Below, one piece after another: positions 1 to 12,814 of a stretch of 64,000 nucleotides of DNA. The DNA is taken from contig OX597827.1 of NCBI GenBank assembly GCA_951406725.2, forward strand, positions 67,518,001 to 67,582,000, in the 5' to 3' direction. The stretch comes from Octopus vulgaris (lineage: Eukaryota). Both the position numbers and the translations under genes were made by a program. The notes beneath the pieces were generated by a model. That model was not told where the DNA came from, did no database searches, and saw nothing but the letters and a program-made list of their open reading frames with translations. Each line of letters starts with the position of its first letter. The first letter of the stretch is position 1.

Positions 1-351
1 GCATATATACATATATACATATATACATATATATGTGTGTGTGTATGTATATATGTATCTATGTATGTATCTATGTACACAACTGGCCAAAATTTCGAAG
101 TCACTGTAAATAACCTTCAGCCGTGTTTGTTATGAATGTATTGTCACCATTAAAAGCGAAAGTTCTTCTCATGTGTCGTATACAAAAGCGATTAGTATAT
201 TTGCATTTGAATCTTCTGGGACGCATTAAGAACAGATATGCAAATCATTGTTCCAGATCTCGCTGTAGTCACTGCAAATAACGATTTCTTTTACAATACA
301 GGTCTTTCTATACACTGTGGTCAGAATACGACAATTCAGCAAGTATTTATA

Positions 352-523
352 CATAGCTTCCTAACCACGTTGTTCCGGGTTCAGTCCTACTGCGTGGCAT
401 GTTGAGAGAGTGTCTTCTGCTCTAGCCTTCTACTCTACCTTGTGAAAGGATTTGTGAGACGGAAATTAAAAGAACCCCGTCCAGTGCATGTATATATATA
501 CATATACATACATACATGTAGAT

Positions 524-575
<52 letters not shown>

Positions 576-687
576 AAAATACCTAGCCTCAACATTTTGT
601 TAATCGTCTATAATAAATATTTCAATACACCTGTTCTTACTGACCCTTATATTATGGCCGCTACTGTGTATACACACATATAGCTTT

Positions 688-734
<47 letters not shown>

Positions 735-985
735 TGTGTGTGTGTGCGTGTGCATGTGCATTTTTGTTTCTGTGTCTGTCTCCCACAATCACTTGACAAC
801 TGGCGTTGGTGTGTTTTCGTCCTCGTAACTTTGCTTTACAGTTCGGCAAAAGAGACTGACAGAATATGAAACACCTTTAAAAAAAATTACTACTGGTGTC
901 GATCCATTCAGCTAAAATGATTTTTCAAGGCGGTACCCCAGCATGGCCGCAGTCAAATGCCTGAAACAGGTAGAGAAGAAAAAAC
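352..985 (+). mobile_element. tRNA-derived SINE family A, diverged copy with internal microsatellites
   Basis: B-box GGGTTCAGTCC, body GGATTTG..GACGGAAA, internal (TA)n/(TG)n, tail GGCGGTACCCCAGCATGGCCGCAGTCAAATG; matches other A copies. Confidence 0.8.
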
Positions 986-1800
986 ATTAAACATGAAATA
1001 TAATATAAAAATGTGATCTTCTTCAAATATTCTTCTTATCTTCATGTTCTTCTTTTAATAAAACATAAAATACGAAAAGTATTACACAACCGGCATCCAC
1101 AAAATTAACTCCTTTGTAGGTAAAAATTATAACCCAGCTGGAAGAATTTACTTGTTGGGAAACTCGATTACGGACCTTGGTCACTCGATGGTTAAGCCTG
1201 TCTCCCTTATCAGATCAAAGATATGCGAACCAGAATTATCGCATTGCTGTGCAATGGACAACATTTTCTGGTTTATGCCTCTATTTTCCAGACAACTTTT
1301 ATGAGGTTTCGCTGTTATGTCTCGCAGGTTGACCTGCCGACACGACAGCGTTTTCTTGATTGGTTTGATAATCAGATTACTATCACTTTAGCTGATTAAA
1401 TTTGCAGCAGGGCAATATTTAATAGCATTAATCACCTAATTATTTAATTACACAAGTCAATATGGTTAATTAGTTTAATCAGAACTATCCATTCTTGAAT
1501 TGCAACTAATTATCAACGAGCCAAAGAGGTTGATTATATAGAGCGGCCTGATATGCAAGAAACAAGAGTGAAATCTTTTGTCAAGCTGCTTCGGACAATA
1601 TGCTACGAATTTGACACTCCTTCGTTATGTGGTTTAAAAGAGAAACTAAACTGTCTTTACGTCATATGTTAATGGTTTAGAAGAGCGATTATAATGTATA
1701 ATGCAGTCCTGTATAATATGTGAGTGTGTATGTGCGAAGGTGTGCATTGTATGGGCACGAGTTCACATACATATGTTCATACACTCACATATACATACAC

Positions 1801-2218
1801 GTGGCGAGCTGGCAGAAACGTTAGCACGCCGGGCGAAATGCTTAGCGGTATTTCGTCTGCGTTACGTTGTGAGTTCACACTCCGCCGAGGTCGACTTTGC
1901 CTTTCATCCTTTCGGGGTCGATAAATTAAGTACCAGTTACGCACTGGGGTCGATGTAATCGACTTAATACCTATGTCTGTCCTTGTTTGTCCCCTCTATG
2001 TTTAGCCCCTTGTGGGTAATAAAGAAATAGGTATTTCGTCTGCCGTTACGTTCTGAGTTCAAATTCCGCCGAGGTCGACTTTGCCTTTCATCTTTCGGGG
2101 TCGATTAGATAAGTACCAGTTACGCACAGGGGTCAATGTAATCGACTTGATCCGTTTGTCTGTCCTTGTTTGTCCTCCTCTCTGTGTTTAGCCCCTTGTG
2201 GGTAGTAAAGAAATAGGA
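1801..2218 (+). mobile_element. SINE family B, head-to-tail dimer
   Basis: Head GGCGAGCTGGCAGAAACGTTAGCACG; B-box GAGTTCAAATTCC; central GCCTTTCATCCTTTCGGGGTCGATAAA (resembles Meta-type SINE domain); body repeats after junction AAAGAAATAGGTATTTCG. Confidence 0.85.
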
Positions 2219-2349
2219 TATATACCTATACATACATATATGTGTGCGTACGTGTGTCAGTGTCTGTATGTATAAGCTACGCATATATACACACGAATAT
2301 ATATAACGGAACAGTAAACCCTCTCTCTCCCTCCCTCTCTCTGTATATA

Positions 2350-3207
2350 CAGGTTGCGATAGGTAAATTGTCGCCATTGTATATTTTTAATTTCGCGCAT
2401 GCACATTGTTTATTTTTGATTTTGTCGAAATACAGAGTATAGTAGGGTCAGTTGCGCACCGTCTGTGAGAAAAACAGCACCCTGATGCAATTCACTCTGC
2501 CAGAAATTTGGAAAAGATATGCTGTACTTCTTGGCATTCGCGCCGGAAGTTCCAGTACGAACAGATTGCGAACACACACAACATCTACCGAGTGTGATAC
2601 AAATCAAACATCGAGTCAATATCATGGTGTTTGGAGTGATCACTAGTGATGGCGACGTTACGCCTCTATTCTCTTCCCACATAGCCTCAGACTCAATACA
2701 GAGGTTTACAACCAGTACCTGGAGGAGGTAGTGCTGCCCTGGGTCAAGAGTGTAGCTTCTAAAATACCCTATGTCTGACAACATGACTGCGCCATGCCAC
2801 ACAAGCAGGAGAACCCAGTCATGGCTGTCAGACAATTTCTGCGACAACATCACTCCTAACATCTGGCCATCTAACTATCCAGACTGCTACCCCATTAATC
2901 ATTATGTGTGGAACGCAGTTAAGAGAGGGACAAACAAAACTCCATGTAACACCAAAGATGAACTGAAGGTAAGTAGATGGCAGCATTCGCCAACTTAAAC
3001 AAGGAAACTGGCCAGAAGAGTTGTAAAAAATTCCGAAGTCGTTTGGAGATCATGGCTGAAGCCAATGGCGATTTTATTGAATAAATTTACTCGTTACTAT
3101 TTCAAGAAACTTTTATATAAAATTAGTAAATATATCTGTTAAAATGAGATGTCAGTGTTATTTTCATTTTTGCGAAATTTAGACGACAATTTATTCACTG
3201 CAACCTG
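2350..3207 (+). mobile_element. Tc1/mariner-superfamily maT (DD37D) transposon remnant, internally deleted
   Basis: Imperfect TIRs CAGGTTGCGATAGGTAAATTGTCG / CGACAATTTATTCACTGCAACCTG flanked by TA; fragments IMVFGVITSDGDV and APCHTSRRTQSWL..WPSNYPDCYPINHYVW with 37-residue spacing; frameshifted. Confidence 0.85.
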
Positions 3208-3277
<70 letters not shown>

Positions 3278-3336
3278 CATACATATACACACACACATAT
3301 ATATATATATGTATATATATATATACATACATATAC

Positions 3337-3426
<90 letters not shown>
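3208..3426. repeat. (TA)n/(CA)n compound microsatellite
   Basis: Direct inspection; representative of dozens of such tracts. Confidence 0.95.
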
Positions 3427-3432
<6 letters not shown>

Positions 3433-3590
3433 TAACAACAACAAACAATAGGTAGTGCATATTGAATGTATTAATTTGTAAAGCTTGGTGAAAAGAGAGC
3501 TCTTTGGACGTTTCGAGCAAAGCTCTTCCACGGAAAGAAAAAAAACGGAAAAAATCCATAAAAGGAACAAAATGGTGTGCATTTACTTTG
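3427..3590 (-). mobile_element. Penelope-like terminal remnant with degenerate hammerhead-like motif
   Basis: Minus strand CCGTGGAAGAGCTTTGCTCGAAACGTC; related to 9808-10035 and 47974-48152; abuts (TA)n. Confidence 0.5.
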
Positions 3591-3749
3591 CTGTTGTGCA
3601 TATGCATGTGTGCGCAACAAAAGAAGAAAGAAGATGCAGTTATGGATCGAAAGCCTTTGATCTTTAGTCGGCTCCCGGCTAGTTTCAACCAAGGAGTAAA
3701 CACAACTATTATTGCTTCTATTACTACTGCTTCGATAACAACCATGGCA

Positions 3750-3796
<47 letters not shown>

Positions 3797-3874
3797 CACC
3801 ACCACTACTACTACCACCAGCACCACCACCACTACTACTACTACTACTAATAATAATAATAATAATAATATTCT

Positions 3875-3947
<73 letters not shown>

Positions 3948-3950
3948 GCT
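3750..3950. repeat. (CTA)n/(CCA)n/(TAA)n compound trinucleotide repeat
   Basis: Direct inspection. Confidence 0.95.
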
Positions 3951-4263
3951 TCGACAATCAGTATCTCCGAATGTAAAATAAATTCGTTAATTCATTTTAT
4001 TTATTATAGTGGAATATGATCTGTAAATATTCTTTTAACATTCAGTCTAAAGATTATTTATGGTATAAGCACAAGCTCTGAGCTCATATATCCCCTAGTC
4101 ACTCGGCAAAATGTGATTTATCATAAAAAGAGATGAAAAAATCGCATCTAGAGAGAGGGGTGGGAGTCAGTGAGAGAGAGGGAAAGAGGGAGTGAAATAG
4201 AGAGAGAGAGAGAGAGAAAGATGTGAGGAAAAAATATAGAAAAAGAGGTGAAAAAAATCACTT

Positions 4264-4323
<60 letters not shown>

Positions 4324-4330
4324 ACAAGTG

Positions 4331-4368
<38 letters not shown>

Positions 4369-4372
<4 letters not shown>

Positions 4373-4621
4373 ACCTTCTCGAGCCTTGGCGTATAGGTTC
4401 CCCACCTGGACGGGACGTCGATCTGTCGCAGGTGAGCTGCAAATTTCAGGAGGAAAGAGTGAAGGAAAGTTGTCGCGAAAGAGTCAACATAAGTTCTGCC
4501 GGAGCCGCGTGGAGCTTAGGTGTTCCGCTTATATACACAGACATCACCCGGTCTGAGATTCGGACCCGCGATCCCTCGACCGTGAGTCTGCTGCTCTAAC
4601 CACTAGGACATGTGACTCCAT
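4369..4621 (-). mobile_element. Chimeric SINE: C-type head with tail E
   Basis: Minus strand C head (CCTAGTGGTTAGAGCAGCAGACTCACGGTCGAGG..AACACCTAAGCTCCACGCGGCTCCGGCAG), then tail CTGCGACAGATCGACGTCCCGTCCAGGTGGG..GGCTCGAGAAGG. Confidence 0.7.
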
Positions 4622-4634
4622 ACACACACACACA

Positions 4635-4703
<69 letters not shown>

Positions 4704-4705
<2 letters not shown>

Positions 4706-4889
4706 TCTTTTACTCTTTTACTTGTTTCAGTCATTTGACTGCAGCCATGCTGGAGCAGCGGGACTTATTCTTTTGTAAGCCCAGTACTTATTCTATCGAT
4801 CTCTTTTGCCGAACCGCTACATAACGGGGACATAAACACACCAGCATCGGTTGTCAAGCAATGCTAGGGCGACACACACAGACACACAA

Positions 4890-4944
<55 letters not shown>

Positions 4945-5098
4945 TACGACGGGCTTCTTTCAGTTTTCATCTACCAAATCCACTCACAAGTCTTTGGTCG
5001 GCCCGAGGTTATAGTAGAAGACACTTGCCCAATGTGCCACGCAGTGGGACTGAACCCAGCACCATGTGGTTGGTAAGCAAGCTACTAACCACACAGCC
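4704..5098 (-). mobile_element. SINE family A
   Basis: Near full-length, (GTAAAAGA)n-type tail, small internal deletion. Confidence 0.9.
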
Positions 5099-5118
5099 AA
5101 TATATATATATATATATA

Positions 5119-5929
5119 CGTGGAGTGGACTGCTCAATGAGTATGCAGACTGCTGTCGTAGTAACAAAGTTAAAGTACGGTGGGTGAAGCAGCTTGGCAC
5201 ACATTGGCCTTGAACTCTGCTGAGCATGCGCACTAAGATTTAGCTTTCTAGCTCACTTCCGTTGTTTACAGCAGTGCTTGGAAGGAAGGTGTATAGCGTG
5301 TGATCATCGCATTGACCATCACAGTTTTCTAAAAGTTTTCATAATTTTCATCGTTCTCCATACAATCAACTGAAACCCGAGCGTCTTCTTGATCAGCTGA
5401 AAGCAGTTTTGGTCCAAACTTGGCAGACACGCGTCTCGTACCCAAATCTTCAGTGATAATGGACTGAACTGAATCGTAACTAATCTGCACATCCGCTGAT
5501 AAATTACAGATGGGGATTCCACGATTTTCCCTGACAGCTGCACGTACATCTGTAACGTTTTTCCCAGGTCTGATTGTTGCGAGTCTTCCAGAAAGTTCGC
5601 CAATGTCGACATTTTTTCGGAAACGTCTGAACCACTCGTACACTTGTGTGTGGTTCAAATACTTCTCTCTATTTACTTTCTGCAACTTTGCGTGGGACTC
5701 AGAGCAGATATCTCGATGACAGCTTTCTCTGTCAAGGTCAATGCGACGATCGCACGCTACACATCTTCCTTCCAAGCTCTGTTGTAAACGGCAGATTTGA
5801 GCTAGAACGTTGAAACTTAGTCCGCATGCAGAGCAGAGTTTAACGTCAACCTGAACTAAGTGGCTTTATTCTGCAAGCTTTTGCTTCGTTATTATGGCAA
5901 CAGTCTCTACACTTATTGATCAGACCTCG
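5119..5929 (-). mobile_element. mariner derivative with two inverted 5' ends and N-terminal transposase fragment
   Basis: ORF fragment VYEWFRRFRK..SGR..VQSIITEDLGTRRVSAKFGPKLL (mariner HTH/linker); about 200-bp diverged inverted arms; TA flanks. Confidence 0.8.
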
Positions 5930-5995
5930 TATAAGGCGGCGAGCCGGTAGCTTGGTTAGGATATTGGACAAAATGCTGCCTTCTGATGTCCACTA

Positions 5996-6004
5996 TAGAT
6001 AGAT

Positions 6005-6043
<39 letters not shown>

Positions 6044-6135
6044 GAGATAGAGAGATAGACAGACAGACGGACGGAGGACGGACGGACAGACAGACAGACA
6101 TACAGACAGGCAGGCAGGCAGGCAGGCAGGCAAGC

Positions 6136-6166
<31 letters not shown>

Positions 6167-6169
6167 TAG

Positions 6170-6207
<38 letters not shown>

Positions 6208-6256
6208 ATAGATAGACAGACAGGTAGATAGATAGGTAGGTAGGTAGGTAGGTAGG

Positions 6257-6303
<47 letters not shown>

Positions 6304-6348
6304 GTAGGTAGGTAGGTATGTAGGTAGGTAGGTAGGTAGGTAGGTAGG

Positions 6349-6424
<76 letters not shown>
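5996..6424. repeat. (GATA)n/(GACA)n/(GGTA)n/(GGCA)n tetranucleotide array
   Basis: Direct inspection. Confidence 0.95.
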
Positions 6425-6425
<1 letters not shown>

Positions 6426-6628
6426 GCGAGGGTGTATCTTCTATGTTTGGGTAAAAGGAAATACATGAGGATCACATAATTATGATTTTAACATTTTCCC
6501 CTCCCAGATTCGCACTTATTGCAGTAGTCCTTCCGTTTGTCTCAGCCCTGTAAAAGAATTCGGGCAGATGGACCTCCAATTCGGCCTTTCACGACACCAT
6601 TAAGCCCGGAACTTTTCAGCTACTCCTA
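6426..6628. mobile_element. Degenerate mariner-type MITE, same family as 55611-55830 in opposite orientation
   Basis: CACTTATTGCAG..GTCCT, GCCTTTCACGACACC and AAGCCCGGAACTTTTCAGC align to the reverse complement of 55611-55830. Confidence 0.65.
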
Positions 6629-7069
6629 ATTAGTGTGTGTGTGCGTCTGTGTGTGCTTGTATTGTCACAAATTAGAGTTTCATTTATAATATAAACATAC
6701 GGCTAAAGACCATTTATCATATACGTACATTGCCACAGCTCATTTATCATCTAGGCACATATATGTGAGCACAGAAATGCTTTACTTCCTTCACCCTATA
6801 TTTTTGCCTTTCCTAATAGCATTATGTCTCCGGTCGCTGTTTCTTGCATGTGTAACACATAACCTTCTGTAATGACTTTATTTCTTGCTCTATATTCTTC
6901 CGATGTATGGCAACCGAGTTTCTCTCGCAGGCTTCGAAGTATGATTAATAACTGGAGTTTGATCTGAATGTGCAGTCAATTTCAGTTAGAGGTTGGTTGT
7001 GCTTCTTCACCAACATTATCGGGATATTTCTGACGTGGATAATATTAGAAGGTTCATCAATACCGCTAT

Positions 7070-7478
7070 ACTCTTTTACTCTTTTACTTGTTTCAGTCAT
7101 TTGACTGCGGCCATGCTGGAGCACCACCTTTTAGTCGAGCAAATCGACCCCGGGACTTATTCTTTGTAAGCCCAGTACTTATTCTATCGGTCTCTTTTTG
7201 CCGAACCGCTAAGTGACGGGGACGTAAACACACCAGCATCGGTTGTCAAGCAATGCTAGGGGGACAAACACAGGCACACAAACACACACACACACATATA
7301 TATATACATATATACGACAGACTTCTTTCAGTTTCCGTCTACCAAATCCACTCACAAGGCATTGGTCGGCCCGGGGCTATAGCAGAAGACATTTGCCCAA
7401 GATGCCACGCAGTGGGACTGAACCCGGAACCATGTGGTTGGTTAGCAAGCTACTCACCACACAGCCACTCCTGCGCCT
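7070..7478 (-). mobile_element. SINE family A, full-length young copy
   Basis: Minus strand AGGCGCAGGAGTGGCTGTGTGG..GGGTTCAGTCCC..tail ACTGAAACAAGTAAAAGAGTAAAAGAGT. Confidence 0.92.
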
Positions 7479-8086
7479 ATAGTAGTTGGTTGTGTTAATG
7501 AATGAAAATAGTTCTTGACTGCGTGAAGGAGTAACTGAACAACACACGCTAACATCTAACAAGAATTTATTGTCGCACATAAAGACAAACTGCGTTGTGC
7601 AATGAAAGCAGCAATATAAAATGAAAGCAGTTGTCCTTTGAAAGCAGCGATAATTACAGATTTCGAGAGAGATAAAACCACGTAGAGTTCGCAGATATTG
7701 CTTATTATATGTTGTGTGAATACTTAGTCCAGTCTTTCCTAGAACTTGGATGTGTATGTAAATGCCTGGAACCGTAGATTGGCAAGAATAGAGACATATG
7801 TTGCACGGCTGCCTCGAAATTCTGCGAACTGTTTTGGGCGCCAGAAGCGGCATTCAAAAAGGTACAAGAAGGAGACTCTAGAAGATTAAATGGACATGAC
7901 GGTTTCACGCTGATTGGTTGCTTTATAGAACGACTACGGGAGACTACTGTGGTCCGGTCGTGATGTTTGGTCCGAAATTTTGGGAAATAGCCTAGTCCAT
8001 TAAGTAGTCCACAGTGCTCAACTAGTATTGAAGTTATCCTGCCCGTTACGAATAAGAGCAAAGTTGAACTCGGTGGTATTTGAATT

Positions 8087-8196
8087 GAAGAAGAAGAAGA
8101 AGAAGAAGAAGAAGAAGAAGAAGAAGAAGAAGAAGAAGAAGAAGAAGAAGAACAACAACAACAACAACAACAACAACTACAACAACAACTACAACA
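8087..8196. repeat. (GAA)n(CAA)n microsatellite
   Basis: Direct inspection. Confidence 0.95.
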
Positions 8197-8985
8197 CCAT
8201 CAATCACGACAAGAGAAATAACAATAGCAAGAAGCAGAAAGAAAGAAAAAGGACAAAATAAAAGAAAAAAACAGAAGACGGACTGAGTTTAAAAAAGAAA
8301 AAAATATGAAAATGAATAAGAGAGTAAGAAGTGGATGAAAGGAGAGGCAGCACAGAAGGAGAGGAAGGAGATATGCGAGGAGATGAGAGCAGAAAACTCG
8401 GTAGTGGATTATAAATATCGTCGACAAAGCAAAATACGGAGAGTACGAGGAGAACTTGACGTAACGGTCAGGGGTTAAGATAACGATACTTTGTTGGTCA
8501 AATAGGAAGAGAGGTTGTGTGTGAGTGCCTACAAGAGAGGAAAGCAGACACCGTCTTTCGCGTGCATAATATAATCGGGGAGTAATAAGGAGAGAGTGAG
8601 GATGGTTGTTTCGTTAGTTTGGTTGGTTGGCTGGTTGGTTGGCTGGTTGGTTGGTATGATCGGTGATGCTTGTGTGTGATCATCAATAAATAATTCGGAT
8701 TTACTGATTGTGCGTGATGATACATCGCTGATTGACGACATAGTGGGAACCATTGATTTCTTAATCCTGATGAGTTTATGTGTATATGTGTGTGTGTATG
8801 TGTGCGTATGCGTTTGTATGTGTGTCTATGTATTATGTATGTATAAATGCAGACATTTGTGTATTTGTATATATACGTACATACATACTTGTACACGCAC
8901 ATATATATACATACGAATGTGTATATAAATATATATGTATAGAAGCACATACATACATATATACGCATATACATATATGTATGTA

Positions 8986-9020
<35 letters not shown>

Positions 9021-9028
9021 TTAACCGA

Positions 9029-9065
<37 letters not shown>

Positions 9066-9290
9066 TATATATACGTACATACATACATATATTTCCACAC
9101 ACATGTATATGCATACACGCACGAATGCGTATATAAATATATGTATAGAAACACATATATACGCATACACATATATGTATATATGTGTGTGCGTGAGTGT
9201 GTGTATCGTGCGTATATATGTATACATATATACATAAGCATATATATCTGTGTGTATTTTATATATACATATATGTATGCACATACACAC

Positions 9291-9338
<48 letters not shown>

Positions 9339-9745
9339 CACGCATACACACGTATATACAACACATTCTGAGATTGAATTATGCAAAAGATGCATGTGGT
9401 TAATGTACAGGAGCAGAGGTCTGATATGATGTAATATATAATAATTAAAAGTTATAAGCTATCATACATAACAATGTTGGGAAGTATTAATACACAGTCT
9501 GTGAGGAGAGCCCTCCTGAACGTTGGTTCGGTTCTCAGTCGTGCCACTATATTTTCATATATAACTTTCTCGTTTTTAAAACATGAAAGTGGGATATGAA
9601 GTCGCGCTGGTTGCTATTTCTAGAGCTCACCCACCGTTTTGTAGCCAGCGGGTAAATATTTTTATCTTTTAGTTGAATGATTCTGGTAATTAAACTCCGC
9701 ATCCAGTTTGTGTAAAAATATAAACGATGAACCTTTGACTTTTTT

Positions 9746-9805
9746 CCAATCCAAGTTCCTTTTATCAAATCCAAGTTCCTTTTATCCAATCCAATTTCTT
9801 TTATT
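9746..9805. repeat. Three copies of a 20-bp minisatellite (CCAATCCAAGTTCCTTTTAT)
   Basis: Direct inspection. Confidence 0.85.
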
Positions 9806-9807
9806 AG

Positions 9808-10035
9808 AGTGAGAATTTAGAAAAACAAAAAGAAAAAAAAACAAAAAGAAAAAGACGAAGACGGGTATGTAGACAACAAACAGATGTATTAGTTTAACGC
9901 TTGGAAATTGAGAGAGTCTTTTATGTTTCCAGCCTACGCTCTTCGACAGTAAAGAACATAGAAATAAACAAGGAAAGAAAATAAAATGAAGAGAAAATAA
10001 AAAGTTTAGTTGCTAGCGATCTATCTTGGCGAATC
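9808..10035 (-). mobile_element. Penelope-like terminal remnant with hammerhead-like motif
   Basis: Closely similar to 47974-48152; minus strand CTGTCGAAGAGCGTAGGCTGGAAAC. Confidence 0.55.
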
Positions 10036-10584
10036 TTTTTTAGAACCAATATTTACACGTTATCATTTATAGCTTTATTTATTTCGAGTTCCACTCTTTA
10101 AAAAAAAGTATTTCATGTCTCTTGAATTTTCATAATTACTATGACGTAAACAATATATTCTATTTTTTATTCAGTTTTTGAAGAAGATTACAGTGCTTCT
10201 ATTAAATTTTCCCTTTGGTCAGAAGTTTATTTTCTGATTTTCACAATAATGAAATGTAACGTCAAGTCATGCGTGTTTTAGTTCAATTCCCTCTTAAAAA
10301 TATAGTTTTAATGGAAGTCATTGGCCATTGTTCTTTATGGAGCATCCTAAACGAGTGGAAAGGGAAGCCTCCTCAATCGGAAACACTGAAAGGAAGTGGA
10401 TTCCGGTAAGGGACCCCAAATTGAGAAGTTACATTGTTCAATCTAGCAACGAAATATGTTTCTATACGCATGTAGGTCATGACCGGATGTGGACGCAGAA
10501 GGTAAAGATCCGGGACAAAAAACGTTGTTATATTGACCTGATGTAATGGTAAATGCTTTTCTCCTACCCGTAATGATGAAAAGC

Positions 10585-10970
10585 GTGGAGGCGCAATGGC
10601 CCAGTGGTTAGGGTAGCGGACTCGCGGTCATAGGACCGCGGTTTCGATTCCCAGACCGGGCGTTGTGAGTGTTTATTGAGCGAAAACACCTAAAAAGCTC
10701 CACAAGGCTCCGGCAGGGGATGGTGGTGATCCCTGCTGTACTCTTTCACCACAACTTTCTCTCACTCTTACTTCCTATTTCTGTTGTACCTGTATTTCAA
10801 GGGGCCGGCCTTGTCACCCTCTGTGTCACGCTGAATATCCCCGAGAACTACGTTAAGGGTGCACGTGTCTGTGGAGTGCTCAGCCACTTACACGTTAATT
10901 TCACGAGCAGGCTGTTCCGTTGATTCGGATCAACCGGAACCCTCATCGTCGTAACCGACGGAGTGCTTCC
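10585..10970 (+). mobile_element. SINE family C (tRNA-Arg-like head), full length
   Basis: A box TGGCCCAGTGG, B box GGTTTCGATTCC, TCG at the anticodon position; 13-bp TSD AATGATGAAAAGC (10572-10584 / 10971-10983). Confidence 0.93.
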
Positions 10971-11239
10971 AATGATGAAAAGCAATGTTGCTCTCCACTT
11001 GATTTGAACTCTGAGGAGCGGTATAAATTCCGCAAGGCATCTAATTCTATGCTGTAATAACTCTGGATGTAAAAGTCCAATTTCATTTATGCAGCGCCTT
11101 CTAGATTTGTTCTTTAACTCTATTTTATCGTTCAACCTTAATACAAAACTTAAAAGTTCTTTGTAGTCTTCAGACTATGCATAATTACAGAAGAGCCAGC
11201 TAAACTGTATACTTGCAATTATATATAAGTAATTATATA

Positions 11240-11777
11240 TTGGGTTGTTCGGAAAGTTCGTGCCGATGTATAGTAGCTTATATTTCAACTTATTTTAGAA
11301 CATGGTTGAGTCCATGAAATAGGATTTGACTACACCTCCATTTAGAGCACAGTTTAAGCTATCTTTTCGTGGAGAAGGTTTATGTTCCTAAAACCTGTGT
11401 TAATTCTGTAACCCTTTAAAATGGAAGATAATAAGTTCATTTTTGGCACTTGATGCTTTGCAAACCTGACAAAAATTGCTGCAGCTCGGCTGGGATGTGT
11501 TACTCCACCCTCCATATTCCCCAGATATTTCTCCTTCGTATTTCCATTTATTCGGGTCTCTGCAGAATAGTCTTTATGGTAAAAATTTCGATTCCTTGGA
11601 TGACGTAATCTTGATGAATTCTTTGCCCTGAAACCACCTCAATTCTGGGAAGTTAAAGGAAATATGGAGACGCATTGTGCAACAAAATGGTTCATATTTG
11701 GTTAATTAAAAATGGCAAGTATTTATTGACCTTTTTCTTTCCTTTAAAAATCGGCACGAACTTTCCGGACAACCCAA
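11240..11777 (+). mobile_element. Non-autonomous mariner (DD34D-type) internal deletion derivative
   Basis: TIRs TTGGGTTGTTCGGAAAGTTCGTGCCGAT / ATCGGCACGAACTTTCCGGACAACCCAA, TA TSD; N-terminus fused to QKLLQLGWDVLLHPPYSPDISPS. Confidence 0.9.
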
Positions 11778-12504
11778 TAATTAGCTCGCTGCATACCGTT
11801 GTTATCTTTGCTATTACTTCTAGTCAACATCTGCTGTTTTATCAGTCAGCACCCACATTAGCTTAGTTGTCCAAAAAGTCAGCCATTTGTAATGTCCTAC
11901 AACTGTCGCATTCCCTACAGTAGTCGACTTAGGGATGTCTTAGTTAAACATAAATAGCATTAATGTTACAAACCTGAGAATGGCTTCAAGCGTCGGGGCT
12001 AGGCCTCTTTATGCTAATGAATATTAAATAACTGATATTCAATGCAAAGCGTATTTTTCATGTTATTATATCATTCAAGTAGTTCTCAGATATTTTTGTA
12101 TGAAATACGTGCATATGCGCATTTGTGAAAAAGATGTCTGCTGTGGTTTCCTTATAAACATAATTGGCTGTGTAATAGTTGTTGGTCATCTTAGAAGCTA
12201 ATAGGCTAATATAGAAGATGTGATCCCACCAGGCAAAATATCAGCAGTTTATTTCTCGTTATCGTCACTATAACATGCTACTTGCAAACAGCCCACTTTG
12301 TCCGAAAGTAATTAGGTTTGTCATGTTAATTTCAAATTCTCCCGACAGTATAACATATTGAGGAAGTAGCTTAAAGAAAGTCGATTTGCTTGCGACACGC
12401 TGCATTAATCTGAATTAATCCCTGTTGACTCACGCACCAATCCATTCAACAAAAGTTGACAACAAGCTGAGATAACTTATATTATATAATGAAAATAGAT
12501 AAAT

Positions 12505-12645
12505 GTAAAGAACCCCTTCGGTCATGAATGACTATGGGATTGCACTTGAAATGTTCCCCGTCGAAGCACAAGTTTGGGCAAGGCTGTTTGTAGAAATCCA
12601 GCAGTCGTCCATGCATATCAGGTTCCCCTTTCAATGCCACTTATG
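12505..12645 (-). mobile_element. SINE family D 3' fragment
   Basis: CCCCTTCGGTCATGAATGAC..GGGATTGCAC matches the 13801 copy. Confidence 0.7.
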
Positions 12646-12742
12646 TATGTACATAAATACATGATGGCCGCCCAATCGTGACACAGGAAAACCAGTACTG
12701 TCCTATAGGAACATTGGGCGCTCAGAACTACCTTTTACGTTA

Positions 12743-12812
<70 letters not shown>

Positions 12813-12814
<2 letters not shown>

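Noticed and set aside
1120-1335. Possible host exon after TTTGTAG
   Set aside because: No recognisable protein motif and no convincing donor or neighbouring exons
10585-10660. tRNA-Arg-like gene (also at other C and D heads)
   Set aside because: No proper acceptor stem; continues into a SINE body with TSDs
11011-11040. CTGAGGA-GCGG..CCGC hammerhead look-alike
   Set aside because: No GAAA, stem III or stem I
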